Numbered from the stretch's first letter, positions 7,929 to 22,311 are shown. The stretch is 64,000 nt of DNA from Curvibacter sp. GWA2_64_110 (GCA_001797315.1 MGPC01000037.1:30593-94592); one strand, 5' to 3'. Numbers and translations are program-made. The notes: generated from the sequence alone by a model not told the origin.

Positions 7929-8040
7929 GCACCCCCGTGGCGGCTGCCGCCGCCTCCCCCTCAAGGGGGCGACACCAGCGGCCCGGCGGAGCCGGTTCCG
8001 CGGTGTCCCGGGCCTGGAGCCCATGCATTCGTTGCGCATC
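7929..8040 (-). repeat. R1 GC-rich structured interspersed repeat, copy A (reverse orientation relative to copies B and C)
   Basis: The reverse complement reads ...GGGACACCGCGGAACCGGCTCCGCCGGGCCGCTGGTGTCGCCCCCTTGAGGGGGAGG.... It shows up as PRNRLRRAAGVAP in shadow ORF 7821..8477. Confidence 0.8.
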
Positions 8041-8063
8041 GCGCACTTTGAGGAGTTTCTTGT

Positions 8064-11693
<3,630 letters not shown>

Positions 11694-11748
11694 GTGCGTC
11701 CTGCGGCCACTACACTCACCGGATTCCAACCGTTTCTGTTGCCCACTC

Positions 11749-12354
11749 ATGGAGCTTTTCATCCCCTTGCTGCTGATCATCGTCGGCGTGCAGTTCGTCA
11801 AAGTTCAGGATCAGCGCCAGCGCATCGCGCTGCTGGGCCGTTATCTGGGCCAGTTCCAGATCGAAAAACTGATGGAGAACCTGACCCAGGGCTACTTGCG
11901 TGCGCTCGACGAAGCCGACCCGGAACGTCGGGCGCAGATCTGGAGCATGCTGGGCACGGCGGAGAGCGAGTTGAGCACGCAGTTCCAGCGCTTCGTGGCC
12001 GACTTCTCGAATGTCTGGGGCGACAAGACGCGGGTCAGCACGCTGCCGATCGCCATTCCTTATGCCACCAAGCTGTTTCCACGTGCCAGTTTCGACCTGC
12101 GCCAGGCCCTGGCCATCCATGCGCAGGGGATTGCGGCGGCGGCGGAGAACCGCCATGGCCTGTCGCTGCGCGACAAGGCCTACACCATGTCGGCCGAGCT
12201 GTTCCTGATGCAGCACACCTGTCATTGGTTCTGCCGTTCCAAGGCCGTGGCCTCGGCGCGCATGCTGGCGCGGCACCAGACGAGTTACGCGCAACTGCTT
12301 GCCGCGGTGTCACCCGAAACGCGCCAGGCTTACGGTGCGCTGGTCGGCGACTGA
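11749..12354 (+). CDS. Hypothetical protein with an N-terminal membrane anchor
   Basis: 201 aa. MELFIPLLLIIVGVQFV anchor followed by a soluble helical region. GC3-rich coding. No family recognised. Confidence 0.55.
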   Translation: MELFIPLLLIIVGVQFVKVQDQRQRIALLGRYLGQFQIEKLMENLTQGYLRALDEADPERRAQIWSMLGTAESELSTQFQRFVADFSNVWGDKTRVSTLPIAIPYATKLFPRASFDLRQALAIHAQGIAAAAENRHGLSLRDKAYTMSAELFLMQHTCHWFCRSKAVASARMLARHQTSYAQLLAAVSPETRQAYGALVGD

Positions 12355-12398
12355 GCCTTTCGAATTGCACTCGCCGGGTGGCCGTCCGGTGCGGCACA

Positions 12399-12941
12399 AT
12401 GAACCGCATGGACACCGCTTTCGTTGACAACTACCGCTTTCTGGCACGCTACAACCGCTGGTTCAACCAGCGTCTGTATGCCGTGTGCGCCGATCTGAGC
12501 GATGCGCAGCGCACGCGCGACGGTGGTGCCTTTTTCGGCTCGATTCACGGCACACTGAACCATCTGGTCTGGGGTGATCTGATGTGGCTCGGGCGCTTTG
12601 CGCGCCAGGGCGTGACGTTTGAGGCGTTGACGCCGGCGCTGCTGGCCTTGCCCGAAGGCGCCAGCCACGGCACCGTGATGGCGCAGGATTTCGATGCCCT
12701 GCGTCAGCGGCGCGATGCCATCGATGCCGCCATCGAAGCCTGGGTGACGCAGATGCCGGACGATTTCCCGCTGCGCACCATGCGCTACAGCAACACCAAA
12801 GGTGTGCAGCGCGAGCACCCCATGTGGCAGGCCATGACGCATTTCTTCAACCACCAGGCCCATCACCGCGGCCAGGTCACCACCCTGCTGTCACAGGCCG
12901 GGCTGGATGTGGGGGTGACGGACCTGATCGCCCTGGTGTGA
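12399..12941 (+). CDS. DinB-family (damage-inducible, four-helix bundle) protein
   Basis: 180 aa with DinB-like His residues (GSIHGTLNHLVWGD, FFNHQAHHRGQV). Confidence 0.75.
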   Translation: MNRMDTAFVDNYRFLARYNRWFNQRLYAVCADLSDAQRTRDGGAFFGSIHGTLNHLVWGDLMWLGRFARQGVTFEALTPALLALPEGASHGTVMAQDFDALRQRRDAIDAAIEAWVTQMPDDFPLRTMRYSNTKGVQREHPMWQAMTHFFNHQAHHRGQVTTLLSQAGLDVGVTDLIALV

Positions 12942-12976
12942 GGTGCCATCAGGTCCGGCCCTTGCCGGGATAGCCC

Positions 12977-13978
12977 TCAGGCCGTGCGGGCGGCCGCCGC
13001 AATGTCCAGCGAGCGCAGGCGCAGTGCCGGGTCGTAGACGTCCGACACCAGGATGAATTCATCGGCTTGCGTGGCCCGGGCCAGCTGCTCGAAGCCGGCG
13101 CGTACCTTCTGCGGCCCGCCGATGACGGCCGCCGCCAGAAAGTCGTCAATGGCCGCACGCGCCTGCGTATCCAGTTGGGCCATGAACCCTTCCACCGGTG
13201 GCGACAGGCGACCGCGTTTGCCGGTCAGGATGCCCAGCACGCGCTGGTAGGTGCTGCTGGCCAAATACTCGGCTTCCGCGTCCGTGGGGGCGGCGATCAC
13301 CGGCACACCGATTGCCACGTAAGGCTGCGCCAGCGTGGCTGAGGGCTGGAACTGGCTGCGGTACACCTCCAGGGCCTGCAGCAGCAGGCGCGGCGCAAAG
13401 TGCGAGGCAAAGGCATAGGGCAGGCCTCTTTCAGCCGCCAGCCGCGCGGAAAACAGACTGGAGCCGAGCAGCCAGATCGGCACGTTGGTGCCGGCCCCCG
13501 GCATGGCAATCAGGCGCTGGCCGGGCTGCGCCGGTGCCAGCAACTGCTGCAGTTCGGCGACATCGCGCGGGAAGTCGTCTTCGGTCTCCACCCGGTCGCG
13601 GCGCAGCGCGCGCATCGTCATCGGGTCGGTCCCGGGCGCGCGGCCCAGGCCCAGGTCGATGCGGCTCGGGTACAGCTCGGCCAGAGTGCCAAATGCCTCG
13701 GCCACCACCAGCGGGGCGTGGTTGGGCAGCATGATGCCGCCGGAACCGACGCGGATGCTGTGCGTGCCGGCCGCAATGTGGCCGACAAGCACTGCGGTGG
13801 CGGAACTCGCAATGCCGGGCATGTTGTGGTGCTCCGCCAGCCAGTAGCGCGTGAAGCCGAGCGACTCGGCATGCTGGGCGGTGCGCAAGGCGATGCCCAG
13901 CGCATCCGCGACCGTGCCGCCCTCGCGCACGGCAACGAGGTCGAGCATGGACAGCGCAATGTCAGAAAGTGCTTTCAT
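12977..13978 (-). CDS. LLM-class (luciferase-like) flavin-dependent oxidoreductase
   Basis: 333 aa with [16 protein letters not shown] and [13 protein letters not shown] blocks, typical of group-1 luciferase-family oxidoreductases. Confidence 0.85.
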   Translation of the reverse strand: MKALSDIALSMLDLVAVREGGTVADALGIALRTAQHAESLGFTRYWLAEHHNMPGIASSATAVLVGHIAAGTHSIRVGSGGIMLPNHAPLVVAEAFGTLAELYPSRIDLGLGRAPGTDPMTMRALRRDRVETEDDFPRDVAELQQLLAPAQPGQRLIAMPGAGTNVPIWLLGSSLFSARLAAERGLPYAFASHFAPRLLLQALEVYRSQFQPSATLAQPYVAIGVPVIAAPTDAEAEYLASSTYQRVLGILTGKRGRLSPPVEGFMAQLDTQARAAIDDFLAAAVIGGPQKVRAGFEQLARATQADEFILVSDVYDPALRLRSLDIAAAARTA

Positions 13979-14049
13979 GCCTGTATTTTCAGGGGCTGCG
14001 CTTAACCTTGCTGGGCCGGGTGATTGGCGCCGCGGTCACCAAGTTCTGG

Positions 14050-14343
14050 CTAGTTCCCTGGCTGCGGCGCCATGGCGGGTGCATACGCCGCTCCGCTGAC
14101 CGTCAGCCCGGCCTCTGACAGCTTCGCTGCGCTCTTGCGGCTGATGCCCTTGACCCGCTGCAGCAGGTCGGACCAGTCCTTGAACGGACCTTGCTGCCGT
14201 GCCTTGAGAATTTTTCCCGACAGGGACGGGCCGATGCCCTTGATGCCGTCGAGTTCGGCTTCACTGGCCTGGTTGATGTCGACGGCGGCAAAGCAGGCGG
14301 CCGAGACGAGCAGGGATGCGAGCGCGAGAAGGATTTTGTGCAT
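14050..14343 (-). CDS. ComEA-like helix-hairpin-helix DNA-binding protein (secreted)
   Basis: 97 aa. Signal peptide MHKILLALASLLVSAACFA, then VDINQASEAELDGIKGIGPSLSGKIL (HhH). Only the C-terminal part of track ORF 14050..14760 is called. Confidence 0.8.
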   Translation of the reverse strand: MHKILLALASLLVSAACFAAVDINQASEAELDGIKGIGPSLSGKILKARQQGPFKDWSDLLQRVKGISRKSAAKLSEAGLTVSGAAYAPAMAPQPGN

Positions 14344-14358
14344 GGTGGATATCCCTGG

Positions 14359-14400
14359 AAAAAGCAGAGACCGGCCAGGCAAGCGTTCAGCCGGTCTTTT
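14359..14400 (-). terminator. Hairpin with flanking T/A runs between hldD and the ComEA-like gene
   Basis: AGACCGGC 14368-14375 pairs with GCCGGTCT 14390-14397. On the minus strand it is followed by CTGCTTTTT. Confidence 0.45.
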
Positions 14401-14444
14401 GCTAACGCCGGGCAGACGAGCGCGTTGACTCGGGGTTTCCCTGA

Positions 14445-15452
14445 TCAGGCCTGGCTGGCCAGCCACTGCACGTACTTGGCCACGCCGGTCTGCACATCGG
14501 CAAAGGCGTGGTCGCAGCCGGCGGCGCGCAAGGCGCCGAGGTCGGCCTGGGTGTAGCACTGGTACTTGCCGCGCAAGGCGTCGGGGAAGGGGATGTACTC
14601 GATCAGGCCTCGGGCCGCGACATCGGCCAGTGACAGCGACGCCTCGCCGTTGAGGCCGCGCAAGGTGTTGACGACGGCATGGGCCACGTCGTTGAAGGGC
14701 TGGGCGCGGCCGGAGCCGAGGTTGAACACGCCGGACTTGGTCGGGTGGTCGAAGAACCACAGGTTGACGGTCACCACGTCGTCGACGAAGACGAAGTCGC
14801 GCATCTGCTCGCCCTGCGCGTAGCCGCCGTATTCGCCGAACAGCTTGACCCGGCCTTCGGCCTTGAACTGGTTGAACTGATGGAAGGCGACGCTGGCCAT
14901 GCGGCCCTTGTGCTGCTCGCGCGGACCGTAGACGTTGAAGTAGCGGAAACCCACCACCTGCGTTTTCGCCTTTTCGAAGTCCTTGCCGAGCTCACGGCGC
15001 AGGCGCTGGTCGAACAGCAGCTTGGAATAGCCATAGACATTGAGCGGGCGCTCGAAGGCCGACTCTTCACGGAAGGTGTCGGAGCCGCCGTAGGTGGCTG
15101 CGGAGGAGGCGTAGAGCAGGCGCGTGCCCTGCTGCTGGCAGGCCTGGAACAACTCGCACGACAGCGTGTAGTTGTTGTCCATCATGTACTTGCCGTCCTG
15201 CTCCATGGTGTCGCTGCAGGCGCCTTCGTGGAACACGGCCTCCACCTTGCCGTAGCGGCCTTCGTCGAAGCTCAGGTAGAAGTCGTCCAGGTCGACGTAA
15301 TCAGCGATCTGCAGGTCGGCCAGGTTGCGGAACTTGTCGCCCTGGCTCAGGTCGTCGACGGCGATGATGTCGTCGATGCCGCGGGCATTGAGCCCCTTGA
15401 TGATGTTGCTGCCGATGAAGCCGGCTGCTCCGGTCACTACAACGCGTGTCAT
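14445..15452 (-). CDS. hldD: ADP-L-glycero-D-manno-heptose 6-epimerase
   Basis: 335 aa with [12 protein letters not shown] Rossmann motif and full-length RfaD/HldD-like sequence. Confidence 0.92.
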   Translation of the reverse strand: MTRVVVTGAAGFIGSNIIKGLNARGIDDIIAVDDLSQGDKFRNLADLQIADYVDLDDFYLSFDEGRYGKVEAVFHEGACSDTMEQDGKYMMDNNYTLSCELFQACQQQGTRLLYASSAATYGGSDTFREESAFERPLNVYGYSKLLFDQRLRRELGKDFEKAKTQVVGFRYFNVYGPREQHKGRMASVAFHQFNQFKAEGRVKLFGEYGGYAQGEQMRDFVFVDDVVTVNLWFFDHPTKSGVFNLGSGRAQPFNDVAHAVVNTLRGLNGEASLSLADVAARGLIEYIPFPDALRGKYQCYTQADLGALRAAGCDHAFADVQTGVAKYVQWLASQA

Positions 15453-15469
15453 GGTTTGATCCTTCAGGT

Positions 15470-16405
15470 TCAGTTTGCGGCAAACAGCTCGTCGTAGCTG
15501 ACGGTGGCGGTGCCGAATTTGCCGACCACGATGCCACCGGCACGGTTGGCCAGCGGCATGGCCTGGCGCAGGCTCAGGCCCGCGGCCACCAAGGTGGCCA
15601 TGGTGGCGATGACGGTGTCGCCGGCGCCGGTGACGTCGAACACCTCGCGCGCTTGCGCGGCGACGCTGAGTTCGCCTTCGTCGTCATAAAGCGTCATTCC
15701 TTCCTCGCTGCGCGTGAGCAGCAGGGCTTGCAGACCGAGCTGCTGGCGCAGGTGTTGTGTCTTGCTGCGCAGCTCGTCTTCGTCGCGCCAGCCGCCCACG
15801 ACCTGTTGCAGTTCGGCGCGGTTGGGGGTGATGACAGTGGCACCGCTGTAGCGCGAGTAGTCGGAGCCCTTGGGGTCGATCAGTACCGGTTTGCCGGCCG
15901 CCTTGGCATGCTCGATCATGTCGTGCACATGGTCCAGGCCGCCCTTGCCGTAGTCGGAAAACAGCACGGCGTCATGACTGGGCAGCAGGTTGCGGAAGGT
16001 GGCAGTTTGCGACGCCAGCACTTCGCTCTTGGGTGTGTTCTCGAAGTCCAGCCGGATGAGCTGCTGCTGGCGGCCGATGATGCGCAGCTTGACGGTGGTC
16101 TGCAGCTGGGGATCCCGGTCAAAGTAGGGGGTGATGCCGGTCTTGGCCACCAGCGCTTCCAGCTTGTGGCTGGCATCGTCATCGCCGACGACAGTCAGCA
16201 ACGAGGCCTGGGCTCCGAGCGCCACCACGTTGCTGGCGACGTTGGCAGCACCGCCGATGCGCTCTTCCTCGCGCGTGATGCGCACCACCGGCACCGGCGC
16301 CTCCGGGCTGATGCGGTCCACCGCACCGTACCAGTAGCGGTCGATCATGGCGTCGCCGACCACCAGCACGCGGGCCTTGGCGAGTTGTTCTTTCGAGATG
16401 TTCAT
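15470..16405 (-). CDS. hldA: D-glycero-beta-D-manno-heptose-7-phosphate kinase (RfaE domain I type)
   Basis: 311 aa PfkB-family sugar kinase ([26 protein letters not shown]), adjacent to hldD. Confidence 0.85.
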   Translation of the reverse strand: MNISKEQLAKARVLVVGDAMIDRYWYGAVDRISPEAPVPVVRITREEERIGGAANVASNVVALGAQASLLTVVGDDDASHKLEALVAKTGITPYFDRDPQLQTTVKLRIIGRQQQLIRLDFENTPKSEVLASQTATFRNLLPSHDAVLFSDYGKGGLDHVHDMIEHAKAAGKPVLIDPKGSDYSRYSGATVITPNRAELQQVVGGWRDEDELRSKTQHLRQQLGLQALLLTRSEEGMTLYDDEGELSVAAQAREVFDVTGAGDTVIATMATLVAAGLSLRQAMPLANRAGGIVVGKFGTATVSYDELFAAN

Positions 16406-16420
16406 TTGCTTTTTGCGTCA

Positions 16421-16540
16421 ATGCTTGCGTGCCAAGGGTCCAAGCCGCGGGACGCCGCGGAACCGGCTTCGCCGGGCCGCTGGCGTCGCCCCCTGCAAGG
16501 GGGGTAGCGGAGCGACACGCAGTGCGCGGAGCTTGGGGGT
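16421..16540 (+). repeat. R1 GC-rich structured interspersed repeat, copy B
   Basis: ...GTGCCAAGGGTCCAAGCCGCGGGACGCCGCGGAACCGGCTTCGCCGGGCCGCTGGCGTCGCCCCCTGCAAGGGGGGTAGCGGAGCGACACGCAGTGCGCGGAGCTTGGGGGTG. It fills the lapB-hldA spacer and appears as PRNRLRRAAGVAP in shadow ORF 16347..16664. Confidence 0.85.
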
Positions 16541-16542
16541 GT

Positions 16543-17700
16543 TCATAGTTCTTCTACGCGTCGAGCCGGGTAGCTGTCCCAGGTCTGGCAGCCCGGGCAT
16601 TGCCAGAAATGCTGTTTGGCCTCGAAGCCGCAGGCGGCGCAGCGGTAGCGTGTCAGGGGCTTGACGGCATGGTCCAGCGCGCGCTGGACCTGGGGGTGGA
16701 ATTGTTCGTGTTCGAGTTTCTCGCCGGCGATCCACTTGGCAGCAGCCACCAGCGAAGGCTCGCGTTCCAGGTGGTGCACATACCAGTCGCGTGTCGTGCC
16801 GCCATTGCCGCCCACGGTGGCTTCGAGGGCGACGATGGCTTCCAGCACATCGAGCGAGGGCATCAGTTCGTAGCTCGCCTTGAGTTGCTCCAATACCGGC
16901 AGCGTGCGGCCACAGGCGATGGCGGCTTGCGCCAGCGGCGCTGCCACCAAGGGGGTGGCGGCCGGGGCCGCCTGCAGCGTCGCCTCCAGCAAGGCGCACG
17001 CGGCGGTGTGGTCGCCCTGGCTGCTCAGCAGGCGGGCCAGCTCAATGCGCGGCCGCGGGGCTGCCGGTGCCGTTTCCACGGCCTGTTCCAGCAGACGGTG
17101 TGCCTGGCTTGCTTCACCGGCCGCCAGATGGGCGGCGGCCTGCTCGCACAGGTAGTGGGCCAGGCGGCTGCTGAAGCTGCCGCTCTCGGAGTTGTCGAGT
17201 TTGCGCGCAATGCCGGCCGCCTGGGGCCAGTCGCGCGAGCGTTCGTAGTTGGCCAGCAACGCCAGCCGTGCTTGTGCCTCGAAAGGCGTGCCTTCGAGCT
17301 TGAGCAGCGCATCTTCCGCGCGGTCGAGCAGGCCAGCCTTGAGGAAGTCCAGCGCCAGGGCGTGCTGGGCGCGCTGGCGGTCGGCCTCGGAGAGGTCGCC
17401 GCGCGACAGCAGGTGTTCATGCACGCGCACGGCGCGCTCGTATTCGCCGCGGCGACGGAACAGGTTGCCCAGGGCAAAGTGCAGCTCGGAGGTGTCGGGG
17501 TCGTGCTGCACCGCCTCGATGAAGGCATCGATGGCTTGGTCCTGCTGCTCGTTGAGCAGGAAGTTCAGGCCGCGGAAATAGGCTTTCGGGGTTTGCCGGT
17601 TCTCGATGCGCAGCTGGCGCAAGTCGAAACGCGAGGCCAGCCAGCCCAGGCCGAAGGCCAGGGGCAGGCCCAGCAGAATCCAGCTCAGATCAAAGTCCAT
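16543..17700 (-). CDS. lapB: Lipopolysaccharide assembly protein LapB (YciM): TPR protein with C-terminal rubredoxin-like zinc site
   Basis: N-terminal anchor MDFDLSWILLGLPLAFGLGWL, TPR repeats, and C-terminal CAACGFEAKQHFWQCPGCQTWDSYP. Start set at ATG 17700; the ORF opens at 17886. Confidence 0.9.
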   Translation of the reverse strand: MDFDLSWILLGLPLAFGLGWLASRFDLRQLRIENRQTPKAYFRGLNFLLNEQQDQAIDAFIEAVQHDPDTSELHFALGNLFRRRGEYERAVRVHEHLLSRGDLSEADRQRAQHALALDFLKAGLLDRAEDALLKLEGTPFEAQARLALLANYERSRDWPQAAGIARKLDNSESGSFSSRLAHYLCEQAAAHLAAGEASQAHRLLEQAVETAPAAPRPRIELARLLSSQGDHTAACALLEATLQAAPAATPLVAAPLAQAAIACGRTLPVLEQLKASYELMPSLDVLEAIVALEATVGGNGGTTRDWYVHHLEREPSLVAAAKWIAGEKLEHEQFHPQVQRALDHAVKPLTRYRCAACGFEAKQHFWQCPGCQTWDSYPARRVEEL

Positions 17701-17998
17701 GGGGCGGCAGGGGAGGTTGGGGTGGTGTACCGGGGGCGCTGGTCGGGGCGATCGTCGTCTGTGCACGGCTGGCGGCGCTGCGATGCTTCCACCAGCGCGG
17801 CACCATGGCCAGCACACCGGCCACCAGGCCGGCAGCAAAGGCGGCCAGCACCACCAGCACCAGCGGTGCGCGCCACTCGGTGCCAAAGAAGAAATGCACC
17901 GTGGCGTCCTGCTGGTTGTTCAGGGCGAAGGCAAAAAGGGCGAAAAAAATGGCTGCCTTCAGTATCCACTTGAGCAGCCACATGAGGTGTTTCATCAA
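17690..17998 (-). CDS. lapA: Lipopolysaccharide assembly protein LapA (YciS)
   Basis: 102 aa with two TM segments, immediately upstream of lapB and overlapping it by 11 nt. Confidence 0.8.
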   Translation of the reverse strand: MMKHLMWLLKWILKAAIFFALFAFALNNQQDATVHFFFGTEWRAPLVLVVLAAFAAGLVAGVLAMVPRWWKHRSAASRAQTTIAPTSAPGTPPQPPLPPHGL

Positions 17999-18050
17999 TC
18001 TCCTCTGTGACGAGGGGATTCTAACGTTGCGCCAAGGCGGCGCTCGCTAT

Positions 18051-18374
18051 TCAACGCGGGATATCGGCCTTGGCCTGGGCTTGCATCTCGCTGGTGCGCT
18101 GGTCCACCGCTTCGCGCAGGGCCTTGCCCGGCTTGAAGTGGGGCACACGTTTCTCCGGAATCGCGACGCTCTCACCACTGCGCGGGTTGCGTCCCATGCG
18201 GGGCGGGCGGCGGTTGATGGAGAAACTGCCAAAACCGCGGATCTCGATCCGGTGGCCGCGCACGAGGGCGTCGTTCATCGCATCGAGGATGGCCTTGACC
18301 GCAAATTCGGCGTCGCGGTGGGTGAGCTGGCTGAAACGGGCTGCCAGTTCTTCAACAAGGTCGGAGCGTGTCAT
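18051..18374 (-). CDS. ihfB: Integration host factor subunit beta
   Basis: 107 aa with HU/IHF fold sequence ([11 protein letters not shown]..., [20 protein letters not shown]), in the conserved position after rpsA. Confidence 0.95.
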   Translation of the reverse strand: MTRSDLVEELAARFSQLTHRDAEFAVKAILDAMNDALVRGHRIEIRGFGSFSINRRPPRMGRNPRSGESVAIPEKRVPHFKPGKALREAVDQRTSEMQAQAKADIPR

Positions 18375-18391
18375 GAATTAATCTGTCCTGA

Positions 18392-18430
18392 CAAAAAAAC
18401 GACCGGCGCGTGATGCAACCGGTCGTTTTT
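18392..18430 (-). terminator. Rho-independent terminator after rpsA (bidirectional shape)
   Basis: CGACCGG 18400-18406 pairs with CCGGTCG 18419-18425. It is flanked by an A7 run and a T5 run; on the minus strand the stem is followed by TTTTTTT. Confidence 0.7.
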
Positions 18431-18448
18431 CGAACGTCAAATCAACAA

Positions 18449-20131
18449 TTAATTGTTGTTGTCCAGCTTGGCACGCAGCAGGGCGCCCAGGCTGGTCGTG
18501 CCGGCGTTCTCACGGGCCGACTGCTGGCTCAGGTTCTGCATGGCTTCGTTCTGGTCCGCCATGTCCTTGGCCTTGATCGACAGCTGGATGTTGCGGGTCT
18601 TGCGATCCACATTGACCACCACAGCAGTGACTTCGTCGCCTTCCTTGAGCACGTTGCGGGCGTCTTCCACGCGGTCGCGGCTGATTTCAGAAGCGCGCAG
18701 GTAACCGATGATGTCGTCGCCCAGATCGATCTCGGCGCCCTTGGCATCCACGGTCTTGACCTTGCCGGTCACGATCTGGCCCTTGTCGTTGACCGACACG
18801 AAGGTGGTGAACGGATCGGAGTCGAGCTGCTTGATGCCCAGGGAGATGCGCTCGCGGTCCACGTCCACGGCCAGCACCAGGGCTTCGACTTCCTGGCCCT
18901 TCTTGTAGTTGCGCACGGCGGCTTCGCCGGGTTCGTTCCAGGACAGGTCGGACAGGTGCACCAGGCCGTCGATGCCGGCAGCCAGGCCGACGAACACGCC
19001 GAAGTCGGTGATCGACTTGATCGGGCCCTTGACGCGGTCGCCGCGCTTGGTGTTCTGCGCGAATTCCTGCCACGGGTTGGCCTTGCACTGCTTCATGCCC
19101 AGGCTGATGCGGCGCTTGTCTTCGTCGATCTCAAGGACCATGACTTCGACTTCGTCACCCAGCGACACGATCTTGGAAGGCGCCACGTTCTTGTTGGTCC
19201 AGTCCATTTCGGACACGTGCACCAGACCTTCGATGCCGGGCTCGAGTTCCACGAACGCGCCGTAGTCGGCGATGTTGGTGATCTTGCCGAACATGCGGGT
19301 GCCTTGCGGGTAGCGGCGGTTCACGCCCATCCACGGGTCGTCGCCCATCTGCTTCAGACCCAGGGACACGCGGTTCTTCTCGGTGTCGAACTTGAGGATC
19401 TTGGCGGTGATTTCCTGGCCGGCCTGAACGACTTCGCTCGGGTGGCGGACGCGGCGCCATGCCATGTCGGTGATGTGCAGCAGGCCGTCGATACCGCCCA
19501 GGTCCACGAAGGCACCGTACTCGGTGATGTTCTTGACCACGCCCTGCACCACAGAGCCTTCTTTCAGGGTCTGCATCAGCTTGGCGCGTTCTTCGCCCAT
19601 GGAGGCTTCCACCACGGCGCGGCGGCTCAGCACCACGTTGTTGCGCTTGCGGTCGAGCTTGATGACCTTGAACTCCATGGTCTTGTTCTCGTACGGAGAC
19701 AGATCCTTGGTCGGACGGGTGTCAACCAGCGAGCCGGGCAGGAAGGCGCGGATGCCGTTGACCAGCACGGTCAGGCCACCCTTGACCTTGCCGCTGGTGG
19801 TGCCGGTGACGAATTCGCCGGATTCCAGGGCCTTTTCCAGGCTCATCCAGGAAGCCAGACGCTTGGCGGTTTCGCGCGACAGGATGGTGTCGCCGTAGCC
19901 GTTTTCGATCGAGCCGATGGCCACGGACACGAAGTCGCCCACTTGGACTTCGAGCTCGCCCTTGTCGTTCTTGAATTCTTCCAGCGGCACGTAGGCTTCG
20001 GACTTGAGGCCGGCGTTCACAACCACGAAGTTGTGTTCGATGCGGATCACCTCGGCGGTGATGACTTCGCCCGGGCGCATTTCGGTGCGTTGCAGGGACT
20101 CTTCAAAAAGGGCGGCAAAAGATTCAGACAT
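18449..20131 (-). CDS. rpsA: 30S ribosomal protein S1
   Basis: 560 aa with six S1 domains and typical sequence ([13 protein letters not shown]..., [16 protein letters not shown]). Confidence 0.97.
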   Translation of the reverse strand: MSESFAALFEESLQRTEMRPGEVITAEVIRIEHNFVVVNAGLKSEAYVPLEEFKNDKGELEVQVGDFVSVAIGSIENGYGDTILSRETAKRLASWMSLEKALESGEFVTGTTSGKVKGGLTVLVNGIRAFLPGSLVDTRPTKDLSPYENKTMEFKVIKLDRKRNNVVLSRRAVVEASMGEERAKLMQTLKEGSVVQGVVKNITEYGAFVDLGGIDGLLHITDMAWRRVRHPSEVVQAGQEITAKILKFDTEKNRVSLGLKQMGDDPWMGVNRRYPQGTRMFGKITNIADYGAFVELEPGIEGLVHVSEMDWTNKNVAPSKIVSLGDEVEVMVLEIDEDKRRISLGMKQCKANPWQEFAQNTKRGDRVKGPIKSITDFGVFVGLAAGIDGLVHLSDLSWNEPGEAAVRNYKKGQEVEALVLAVDVDRERISLGIKQLDSDPFTTFVSVNDKGQIVTGKVKTVDAKGAEIDLGDDIIGYLRASEISRDRVEDARNVLKEGDEVTAVVVNVDRKTRNIQLSIKAKDMADQNEAMQNLSQQSARENAGTTSLGALLRAKLDNNN

Positions 20132-20310
20132 TTAAGTTCCTAGACCGTCTGGGCGTCCACGGCAAAGCACCATGGCGTTACAGCAGCACCATTGCTGCTG
20201 GGGGGAGCTTTCGACGGCGGTTTGTGCGGATGATCCGCGGGTTACGTTGTTGAACCACACGGCCGGGCGCTTAGCGAGCGCGAGGGGAGCCGTGTGGGCC
20301 GGTCAGCCGT
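20132..20310 (-). promoter_or_regulatory. rpsA 5' leader/promoter region (179 nt) with several hairpins
   Basis: Minus-strand hairpins CCACACGGC...GCCGTGTGG and CAGCAGCA-ATGG-TGCTGCTG lie upstream of the rpsA ATG. S1 leaders are known autoregulatory targets, but no motif is asserted here. Confidence 0.35.
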
Positions 20311-22311
20311 TCAGACTTTGCTGAAAGGCTGTTTGCTCTGCCACCAGTCCAGCACCAGATCGAGCGACTTTTCAATCGAAAGATCCGAGTTGTCCAGCAA
20401 CCGGGCGTCCTGTGCCGGCTTGAGTGGCGCCACTGCGCGGGAGGTGTCCCGGGCATCGCGCGCCTCCAGATCGGCACGAAGATCTGACAATATAGCCGAA
20501 ATCCCCTTTGAAATCAACTGCTTATGGCGCCGTTCGGCACGTTTTTCGGCGCTGGCTGTCAAAAATACCTTGAGCGGGGCGCCGGGGAAGATCACCGTGC
20601 CCATGTCGCGCCCGTCGGCGACCAGGCCCGGCAGTTGGCGGAAACTGTGCTGCAGAGCCACCAGCGCGGTGCGCACGGCCGGCAGGGCCGAGACTTTGGA
20701 GGCGTTCATGCCGCCCTCTTCGCTGCGGATGGCGGCGCTCACATCGTCGCCATCGAGCAGCACCTGCTCGCCGACGAAACGCACCGGCAGCCGTTCGGCC
20801 AGGGTGGCAATGGCGGCTTCATTGGCGGGCTCCAGCGCCAGGCCGGCGCGCAGGGCCGCCAGCGCGGTCACGCGGTAGAGCGCGCCGGAGTCAAGGTAGT
20901 GGTAGCCCAGCGCCTGGGCCAGACGGGCCGCCAGCGTGCCCTTGCCGGAGGCGGTCGGGCCGTCGACGCACAGCACCGGCACGGTGCCGGGTACGGCGGC
21001 CGTGACCGAGAACAGGGCCTCGAAGTAGTCAGGGAAGGTCTTGGCCACGCATTTCGGGTCGAGGATGCGCACCGGGAGCTGGGCCGGGTTGAAGGCGGCC
21101 AGCGAGAAGCACATGGCGACACGGTGGTCGTCGTAGGTATGGATCGCGGCTGCTTTCCACTGTGCGGCGTTCGGCAGGGGCTCAACGCGGATGACGTCCG
21201 GGCCTTCCTCCACCGTGGCGCCGAGCTTGCGCAGTTCCGTGGCCATGGCGGCGATGCGGTCGGTTTCCTTGACGCGCCAACTGGCGATGTTGCGCAGCGT
21301 GGTCGGGCCGTCGGCGTACAGCGCCATCACGGCCAGCGTCATGGCGGCGTCGGGGATATGGTTGCAGTCCAGTTCGATGGCCTTGAGCGGCCAGCTTCCG
21401 CGGGAGATCTCCAGCCAGTTGGGGCCGCTGGTGATGCGGGCACCCATCAGGCGGGCGGCCTCGATGAACTTGATGTCGCCCTGGATCGAGTCCTCGCCCA
21501 CGCCCTCGATGCGCACCGGCGCACCGGGATCTGCGGCAATGGCGCCCAAGGCGATGAAGTAGCTGGCCGAGGAGGCGTCGGCCTCCACGTGCAGCACGCC
21601 GGGCGACTGGTAGCGCGCTCCGGCGGGAATGGTGAAGCGTTGCCAGCCCTCGCGCTGCACCGTGATGCCGTAGCGTGCCAGCAGATTCAGCGTGATTTCG
21701 ATGTAGGGCTTGGAGATCAGCTCGCCGACGACCTCGATCACGATGTCTTTTGTCGCGGCCAACGGCAAGGCCATCAGCAATGCCGTCAGGAACTGACTGG
21801 AAACGTCGCCGCGGACCTTGATCGGGGCGTCGAGCTTCAGGAGGGGGCGGCTGACGCGCAGGGGCGGATAGCCCTCATTGCCCAAGTAATCAATCGCGCA
21901 GCCAAGCTGACGCAGCGCGTCCACCAGGTCGCCGATGGGGCGCTCGTGCATGCGCGGCACGCCCGAGAGCTCGAAATCGCCGCCCAGCACAGCCAGCGCC
22001 GCGGTCAGCGGGCGCATCGCAGTGCCGGCATTGCCCATGAAGAACTTCAGGGCGGTGGCGGGGAGCTTGCCGTCCAGGCCGTCGATGACGACGGTGGTGC
22101 CATCCTGCTGCACGCCGCAGCCCAGCTGGCGCAGGGCGGCGAGCATGACGCGCGTGTCGTCGGAGTCCAGCAGGTCGTGCAGGGTGGTGCGGCCGCGGCA
22201 CAGGGCCGAGAGCAGCAGCACACGGTTGGAAATGCTCTTGGAGCCGGGCAGGACCACACGGCCCTGGGCGCCGGCCAGCGGCGGCAGATCGAGAAACTCG
22301 GTGGCAAACAT
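20311..22311 (-). CDS. aroA: Bifunctional 3-phosphoshikimate 1-carboxyvinyltransferase (EPSP synthase) / cytidylate kinase fusion
   Basis: Single 666-aa ORF. Residues ~1-435 are EPSP synthase ([10 protein letters not shown], ...[13 protein letters not shown]). Residues ~445-666 are CMP kinase ([21 protein letters not shown]-loop). There is no stop or frameshift at the junction. Confidence 0.9.
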   Translation of the reverse strand: MFATEFLDLPPLAGAQGRVVLPGSKSISNRVLLLSALCRGRTTLHDLLDSDDTRVMLAALRQLGCGVQQDGTTVVIDGLDGKLPATALKFFMGNAGTAMRPLTAALAVLGGDFELSGVPRMHERPIGDLVDALRQLGCAIDYLGNEGYPPLRVSRPLLKLDAPIKVRGDVSSQFLTALLMALPLAATKDIVIEVVGELISKPYIEITLNLLARYGITVQREGWQRFTIPAGARYQSPGVLHVEADASSASYFIALGAIAADPGAPVRIEGVGEDSIQGDIKFIEAARLMGARITSGPNWLEISRGSWPLKAIELDCNHIPDAAMTLAVMALYADGPTTLRNIASWRVKETDRIAAMATELRKLGATVEEGPDVIRVEPLPNAAQWKAAAIHTYDDHRVAMCFSLAAFNPAQLPVRILDPKCVAKTFPDYFEALFSVTAAVPGTVPVLCVDGPTASGKGTLAARLAQALGYHYLDSGALYRVTALAALRAGLALEPANEAAIATLAERLPVRFVGEQVLLDGDDVSAAIRSEEGGMNASKVSALPAVRTALVALQHSFRQLPGLVADGRDMGTVIFPGAPLKVFLTASAEKRAERRHKQLISKGISAILSDLRADLEARDARDTSRAVAPLKPAQDARLLDNSDLSIEKSLDLVLDWWQSKQPFSKV

